From: Actinomycetota bacterium
GTDB taxonomy: Bacteria > Actinomycetota > Thermoleophilia > RBG-16-64-13
Reading direction: 5' to 3'
NCBI GenBank assembly: GCA_012523095.1
Contig: JAAYJE010000022.1
Span: 68,784 to 132,783, forward strand
Length of the DNA: 64,000 nt
This document shows positions 59,466-64,000 of this stretch, in pieces. Each line of letters starts with the position of its first letter. Positions within the stretch are counted from its first letter, which is position 1. Below the pieces are notes generated by a model, which made no database searches, was not told the DNA's origin, and worked only from the letters and a program-made list of their open reading frames with translations. Made by a program: the position numbers and the translations under genes.

Positions 59466-60518
59466 CTACTCGTAGCGCTCCCCGACCATGTCGGATAGTA
59501 ACATCGCGGTCTCCCGTACTGTGGCGATGGCCGTCTCGTAATCCATGCGCGTCGGGCCCACCAGACTGACGGTCCCCAAGCTGCGCTGGGGCAGACCATA
59601 GCCGGCGGCCACCACCGAGAACGGCTGCAGAGCCGACGCTTCGTGCTCGCTGCCTATCCTCACCACCACGGCGCCCGTGTCGAGCGCAGCCCTGAGGACA
59701 TGGAGCAGGACGAACCTCTCTTCCAGAAGAGAGAGTAGATCGCGCAGCGACGACACGTCCTGCAGCCGGGACTCGCCCAACAACCGAGACGCCCCACCCA
59801 CGAAGAGCTCCTCCTGGTACTGCTCGTCGACCAGTTTCTCGAACGCCGGCGCCAGGGCTTTGAGGAACCCGGACTCGCGTGCGCTCAACTCGGGGCTCTC
59901 AAGCACCCGACGGATGAGCCTGGCCGTAAGGGCCTGGTCGGCAAAGGTCTCATTGAGATAGGTACGGGCCCATTCCACCAATCCAGAATCGAGGGCCTGT
60001 GGCCAGTCGATCGCACCTTTCATGACCGCGCCGGTGGAGACGATGAACACGTACATCAACTGGTCTGGATGCAGCGCCAGCAGTTCTACGTGAACGAGCC
60101 GGGCTCCGCTCACACGCGGGGCGAGGATAAGGGCCAGCAGATTGGTGGCGCGCGACATCGCATCGGTGGCCTGTCTGAGAGCGGTGTCGATCTCTCCCGC
60201 CAGGTCCTCCGACAGTACCGTCCCCAGAGCGTTGGAGCTGCCCCGCGCGCGGGCGTCTGCTCGGGAGGCGGAACGATCGATCAGCTGGTCGACGAACTCG
60301 CGATAGCCGAGATCAGTCGGCATACGACCGGCCGAAGTGTGCGGATGCGTCAGGTAGCCCCTCTCCTCGAGCTGGGCGAACTCGCTCCGCACCGTAGACG
60401 ACGAGACACGGAGTCCCGCCAGTTCTACCAGCTCTCTGGAAGACACGGGCAGACCCGTACCGATGTATCGCTCGGTGACGGTGTTAAGGATAGTGCGTTG
60501 TCGTTCTGTGAGTGCCAT
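59466..60518 (-). CDS. hrcA: Heat-inducible transcription repressor HrcA
   Basis: [31 protein letters not shown]... Start trimmed to this Met. Confidence 0.9.
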   Translation of the reverse strand: MALTERQRTILNTVTERYIGTGLPVSSRELVELAGLRVSSSTVRSEFAQLEERGYLTHPHTSAGRMPTDLGYREFVDQLIDRSASRADARARGSSNALGTVLSEDLAGEIDTALRQATDAMSRATNLLALILAPRVSGARLVHVELLALHPDQLMYVFIVSTGAVMKGAIDWPQALDSGLVEWARTYLNETFADQALTARLIRRVLESPELSARESGFLKALAPAFEKLVDEQYQEELFVGGASRLLGESRLQDVSSLRDLLSLLEERFVLLHVLRAALDTGAVVVRIGSEHEASALQPFSVVAAGYGLPQRSLGTVSLVGPTRMDYETAIATVRETAMLLSDMVGERYE

Positions 60519-60540
60519 CGTCCGTCTGCGCCCCCGAGCG

Positions 60541-61791
60541 TCACTCCCCTGAGTCGGCAAGGAGCGCTCCAAGAACCGCATTACTTACATTCAAAAACCC
60601 TGGATTCAAGCGGAGTTTACCACAGCGTCTCTCCAGACAGCCCTGGGCGAGGAGCCGATCTCGAGCCTCTAGATCGAGCACAGGGAGGATCACCGATTCG
60701 ACTACTCCCTCGACGGTCCGAAGACCGAGCATGGCCTTCTCCCAGAGACGCGTCACGGGTGAGAGCCACTCGATCTGCGGAGATTCTCCCGACAGATAGC
60801 CGGCCACCGTGCAGGGATTGGTGCGACGTTCGGCGCCAAGTGTCGATACCGCCGACGCTCCGATGCCCAAATAATCGTCACCTCGCCAGTAGGCCTGGTT
60901 GTGCCGGCATTCATGCCCCGGCAGAGCGAAGTTGGAGACCTCATAGCGATGATAGCCCGCCGACTCCAACCGGGCGACCGCCATAGCGTAGTGCTCCTCC
61001 GCGAAGGCGCCGGCGGCCCCCCGGGCCCCGGCGCCGAGGGTCGTCTCGACCCGGGTGGCGAACTCAGTGGTGTAGGTGAGGTCGTACAGCGAGATGTGGG
61101 ACGGGCCGGCGGCGACCGCCGCATCCAGGTCGGCACACGCCTCGTCCCAGGTCTGCCCCGGTATACCGAACACCAGGTCGATGTTCCACTCCTGCCGGCC
61201 GCTCGCGCCGATAACCGTGAGCGCCTCGTCGATCTCTTCTTGTGCCACTCGGCGGCCGAGCGCCGCGCGGAGCGCCGGCGCGAAAGACTGGATCCCCAAT
61301 GAGAACCGGCTCACTCCCTCCGCCGTCAGCCACTCCAAGAGGGGCCGATCGATGGTCCCCGGGTTGGCCTCGATGGTGAACTCGGGCGTCCCGCCCGACC
61401 GATCCAAGCGGGACGCGAGCTGCCGCACCAGCCCGGCCAGTAGCTCCGCGGGCAGAATAGTGGGTGTACCGCCGCCGAGGTATATGGTCTCGAACATCAC
61501 GGGCGCGGCTCGCACGGCCGCCGGTCCTGCAGAGGGCGCGGTTCGCGCAACCGCCGGTCCTGCAGAGGGCGCGGTTCGCGTCGGCGTCGGCTTCGCGCCG
61601 CCCGACTTCACGTGGCCGCCGCCACCGTCTTCTACCCGGCCCCGCTCCTCCAGTTCAGCCAGCAGAGCCTCCACATACTGCTCCACTCGACCTGCCTCCC
61701 CACGGGGTCCCAGCGGCTCCGAGGCGAAATCGCAGTATGCACAACGTGAACGGCAGAAAGGAACATGGACGTACAGATGCTTCACGATCAT
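60541..61791 (-). CDS. hemW: Radical SAM family heme chaperone HemW / oxygen-independent coproporphyrinogen-III oxidase-like
   Basis: MIVKHLYVHVPFCRSRCAYCDF CxxxCxxC motif. Contains a tandem-duplicated ARTAPSAGPAV insertion. Confidence 0.85.
   Translation of the reverse strand: MIVKHLYVHVPFCRSRCAYCDFASEPLGPRGEAGRVEQYVEALLAELEERGRVEDGGGGHVKSGGAKPTPTRTAPSAGPAVARTAPSAGPAAVRAAPVMFETIYLGGGTPTILPAELLAGLVRQLASRLDRSGGTPEFTIEANPGTIDRPLLEWLTAEGVSRFSLGIQSFAPALRAALGRRVAQEEIDEALTVIGASGRQEWNIDLVFGIPGQTWDEACADLDAAVAAGPSHISLYDLTYTTEFATRVETTLGAGARGAAGAFAEEHYAMAVARLESAGYHRYEVSNFALPGHECRHNQAYWRGDDYLGIGASAVSTLGAERRTNPCTVAGYLSGESPQIEWLSPVTRLWEKAMLGLRTVEGVVESVILPVLDLEARDRLLAQGCLERRCGKLRLNPGFLNVSNAVLGALLADSGE
61518..61580. 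repeat. Near-perfect 33-bp tandem duplication (30/33 identical) inside hemW, in-frame, 11 aa x2
   Basis: ccgccggtcctgcagagggcgcggttcgcg at 61518-61547 and again at 61551-61580. Confidence 0.8.
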
Positions 61792-61861
61792 GTACCTCCG
61801 GGACGTCGGCCGAGCGGGCGCTCCCAGCACGGCCGGACAGGCCCCAAGCGTCCACCGGAGG

Positions 61862-62128
61862 TCAGCGGCCCAGGACCCCCAGCACCACCAGCACTACACC
61901 CAGGACTACACTGACGCCGCCCAACATCGCCGTCCACGAGGTCCAAGCCTTCTTGCTCCGCCGGTCGGCCCGCGTAGCCCCGTCTTCACTCATGGCCTCC
62001 GCACGCCGCGCCGCCAGCTGCTCCTGTTCAGCCTGCATGACCTTCCCCGCCGCTCCGTGGCGCAGCCAGGTCTGAACGCCTCCCATGACGATCAACAACG
62101 CCCCCAGCACGATGTACTCGGTGGTCAC
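61862..62128 (-). CDS. Hypothetical small membrane protein (2 TM helices)
   Basis: 88 aa with two hydrophobic segments flanking a charged loop. 4-nt overlap with the lepA stop/start region. No homology recognised. Confidence 0.35.
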   Translation of the reverse strand: MTTEYIVLGALLIVMGGVQTWLRHGAAGKVMQAEQEQLAARRAEAMSEDGATRADRRSKKAWTSWTAMLGGVSVVLGVVLVVLGVLGR

Positions 62129-63948
62129 TTCTTCCCCTCTTTCCCCTCCCCGAGATCGAGTACGGCCAAGAACGCCTCCTGCGGGATCTCCACGTTACCC
62201 ACCATCTTCATGCGTTTCTTGCCCGCCTTCTGCTTCTCGAGCAGCTTGCGCTTGCGAGAGATATCGCCACCATAGCACTTGGCCAAGACGTCTTTGCGGA
62301 GCGCCGCCACGTTCTCGCGGGCGATGATGCGGCTCCCCACCGCAGCCTGGATCGCGATCTCGAACATCTGCCTGGGGATCTTCTTGCGCAGCTTCTCCGC
62401 CAGCCCCCGCCCTATGGAGTAGGCGCGGTCTTCGTGCACGATCAGGCTGAGCGCATCCACGATCTCACCGGCCACGCGTATATCCAGGCGCACCAGGTCA
62501 CCCGGCTCGTAGTCCTTGAGCTCGTAGTCGAGGCTGGCGTATCCGCGGCTCTTGGTCTTGAGGAGGTCGTAGAAGTCCAGGACGATCTCGGCCAGCGGGA
62601 GGGCATAGTCGAGCCGCACCCGGTCCGTGGTCAGGTACTCCATGTGCTCGAAACGACCCCGCTTGTCGTTACACAGCTCCATCACCGGCCCCACGAAGTC
62701 CGACGGCACCAGGATGGTCGCTGCTATGTAAGGCTCACGCACTTCTTTGATGGAGCCGGAGTCGGCGGGGAAGTCCACCGGGTTGCTGATCCCGAGGACC
62801 TCGCCGGTGACCAGCTCTATATCGTAGTGGACGTTGGGCGTGGTGGCCAGCAGATCGAGATCGAACTCCCTCTCTAGGCGCTCCCGGATGATCTCCATGT
62901 GAAGCAACCCCAAGAACCCACAGCGGAATCCGAATCCCAAAGCCTGGCTCGTTTCCGGTTCGTAGTGGAGAGAGGCATCGTTCAGTTTGAGCTTCTCAAG
63001 GGCGTCGCGGAGTTCCGGATAGTCCTCTCCATCGACGGGGAACAGCCCGCAGAACACCATGGGCGTGATGTCGCGGTAACCGGGAAGAGGTTCCTCGGCG
63101 GGATGGACCGCGCTGGTGAGAGTGTCCCCCACGCGCAGGTCCGCGACTTCTTTGATCGCGGGGATGATGTAGCCCACCTCCCCCGCACGGAGCACGTCCG
63201 TCTTCTGCATATCGGGGCTGAAGATGCCCACTTCTTCTATTTCGCTACGACGTCCGGTGGCCATAGCAAGCACGGGGTCGTTCTTGCGGAAGCTGCCGTC
63301 GCGTACGCGTACGAAGGCCACCACGCCCCGATACTGATTGTAGACCGAGTCGAAGATGAGGGCGCGAGGCGGACCGTCAGGGTCGCCCTGCGGCGGCGGG
63401 ACGGCGTGCACCACCGCTTCGAGCACGGCGGATACTCCCTCGCCGGTCTTGGCAGAGATCGAGAGGATGTCGGAGCGCGGGCACCCGATCACCGAGACGA
63501 TCTCTTCTGCCCGCTTCTCGGGCTCCGCACCCGGCAGGTCGATCTTGTTGAGCACCGGCACCAGCTCCAAGTCGTTCTCGAGCGCAAGGAGGGTGTTGGC
63601 CAGAGTCTGCGCCTCCACCCCCTGCGTAGCGTCGACCACCAAGACGGCTCCCTCACATGCGGCCAGACTTCGCGACACCTCGTAGGTGAAGTCCACATGA
63701 CCCGGCGTGTCGATGAGGTTGAACTGATAGTCCTCGCCGTCTTCGGAACGGTAGTTGATCCGCACGGCCTGAGCCTTGATCGTGATGCCCCGCTCACGCT
63801 CTAGGTCCATACGGTCGAGTACCTGCTCGCGCATCTCCCGCTCGGCCAAGGTGCCCGTGAGCTGCAGGATACGGTCGGCCAGAGTGGATTTCCCATGGTC
63901 GATGTGGGCGATGATGCTGAAGTTGCGGATATGGTCGAAAGTAGTCAT
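62125..63948 (-). CDS. lepA: Translation elongation factor 4 (LepA)
   Basis: [22 protein letters not shown]... G domain plus a LepA C-terminal domain; 607 aa. Confidence 0.95.
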   Translation of the reverse strand: MTTFDHIRNFSIIAHIDHGKSTLADRILQLTGTLAEREMREQVLDRMDLERERGITIKAQAVRINYRSEDGEDYQFNLIDTPGHVDFTYEVSRSLAACEGAVLVVDATQGVEAQTLANTLLALENDLELVPVLNKIDLPGAEPEKRAEEIVSVIGCPRSDILSISAKTGEGVSAVLEAVVHAVPPPQGDPDGPPRALIFDSVYNQYRGVVAFVRVRDGSFRKNDPVLAMATGRRSEIEEVGIFSPDMQKTDVLRAGEVGYIIPAIKEVADLRVGDTLTSAVHPAEEPLPGYRDITPMVFCGLFPVDGEDYPELRDALEKLKLNDASLHYEPETSQALGFGFRCGFLGLLHMEIIRERLEREFDLDLLATTPNVHYDIELVTGEVLGISNPVDFPADSGSIKEVREPYIAATILVPSDFVGPVMELCNDKRGRFEHMEYLTTDRVRLDYALPLAEIVLDFYDLLKTKSRGYASLDYELKDYEPGDLVRLDIRVAGEIVDALSLIVHEDRAYSIGRGLAEKLRKKIPRQMFEIAIQAAVGSRIIARENVAALRKDVLAKCYGGDISRKRKLLEKQKAGKKRMKMVGNVEIPQEAFLAVLDLGEGKEGKK

Positions 63949-64000
63949 CAGGACCGCTGAAAGACAGCGTTTCGCCGCCGGGGTGCGATGGGCGTGCGCA

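Overview
This window is GC-rich (about 68-70% by eye) and almost entirely coding, with no sign of a mobile element, CRISPR array, integrase or transposase. The gene order obg-rpmA-rplU-rne/rng ... ndk-(Rv2446c-like)-folC-valS-lon-clpX-clpP-tig-tRNAs points to an actinobacterial chromosome core; the single clpP and the presence of mreBCD-mrdA-rodA suggest a deep-branching, rod-shaped lineage (Rubrobacteria or Thermoleophilia-like). About 90% of coding is on the minus strand.

Gene content, in window order:
- Obg (3'-truncated at the window edge), L27, L21 and an RNase G/E-family nuclease.
- A fused B12-binding radical-SAM/DUF2344 protein and a DUF697-like hypothetical.
- The rodA-mrdA-mreDCB cell-shape operon.
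- maf, ndk, a double-zinc-ribbon membrane protein, folC, valS, lon, clpX, clpP and tig.
- A five-tRNA cluster (Pro-Gly-Arg-His-Leu in transcription order).
- A small plus-strand patch: GalE-like epimerase, a repeat-rich hypothetical, and an ECF sigma factor with a zf-HC2 anti-sigma factor.
- A PfkB kinase / MTA phosphorylase pair and a DUF1844 protein.
- tRNA-Pro(CGG).
- An AddAB/AdnAB-type helicase-nuclease operon, divergent from a naturally fused PafB-PafC double-WYL regulator that is translationally coupled to a holin-4-like membrane protein.
- An orphan pilT in a run with an HDAC-family deacetylase and a RipA-like NlpC/P60 endopeptidase.
- A CwlM-like amidase divergent from a CapA-like phosphoesterase, a MidA methyltransferase, a fused ADP-forming acyl-CoA synthetase, a CDF transporter and a PNPOx-like protein.
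- tmRNA (ssrA), separated from smpB-rnr by an SDR gene and a URO-D/MtaA-like gene.
- prmA, dnaJ, hrcA, hemW, a small membrane protein and lepA.

I see no clear previously undescribed system. The most interesting locus is fused pafBC divergent from the addAB/adnAB operon, whose promoter carries a RecA-NDp-like motif.

The supplied ORF track omits ORFs that run off the window edge; obg was recovered by manual translation. Many long plus-strand ORFs antisense to real genes are high-GC artefacts.
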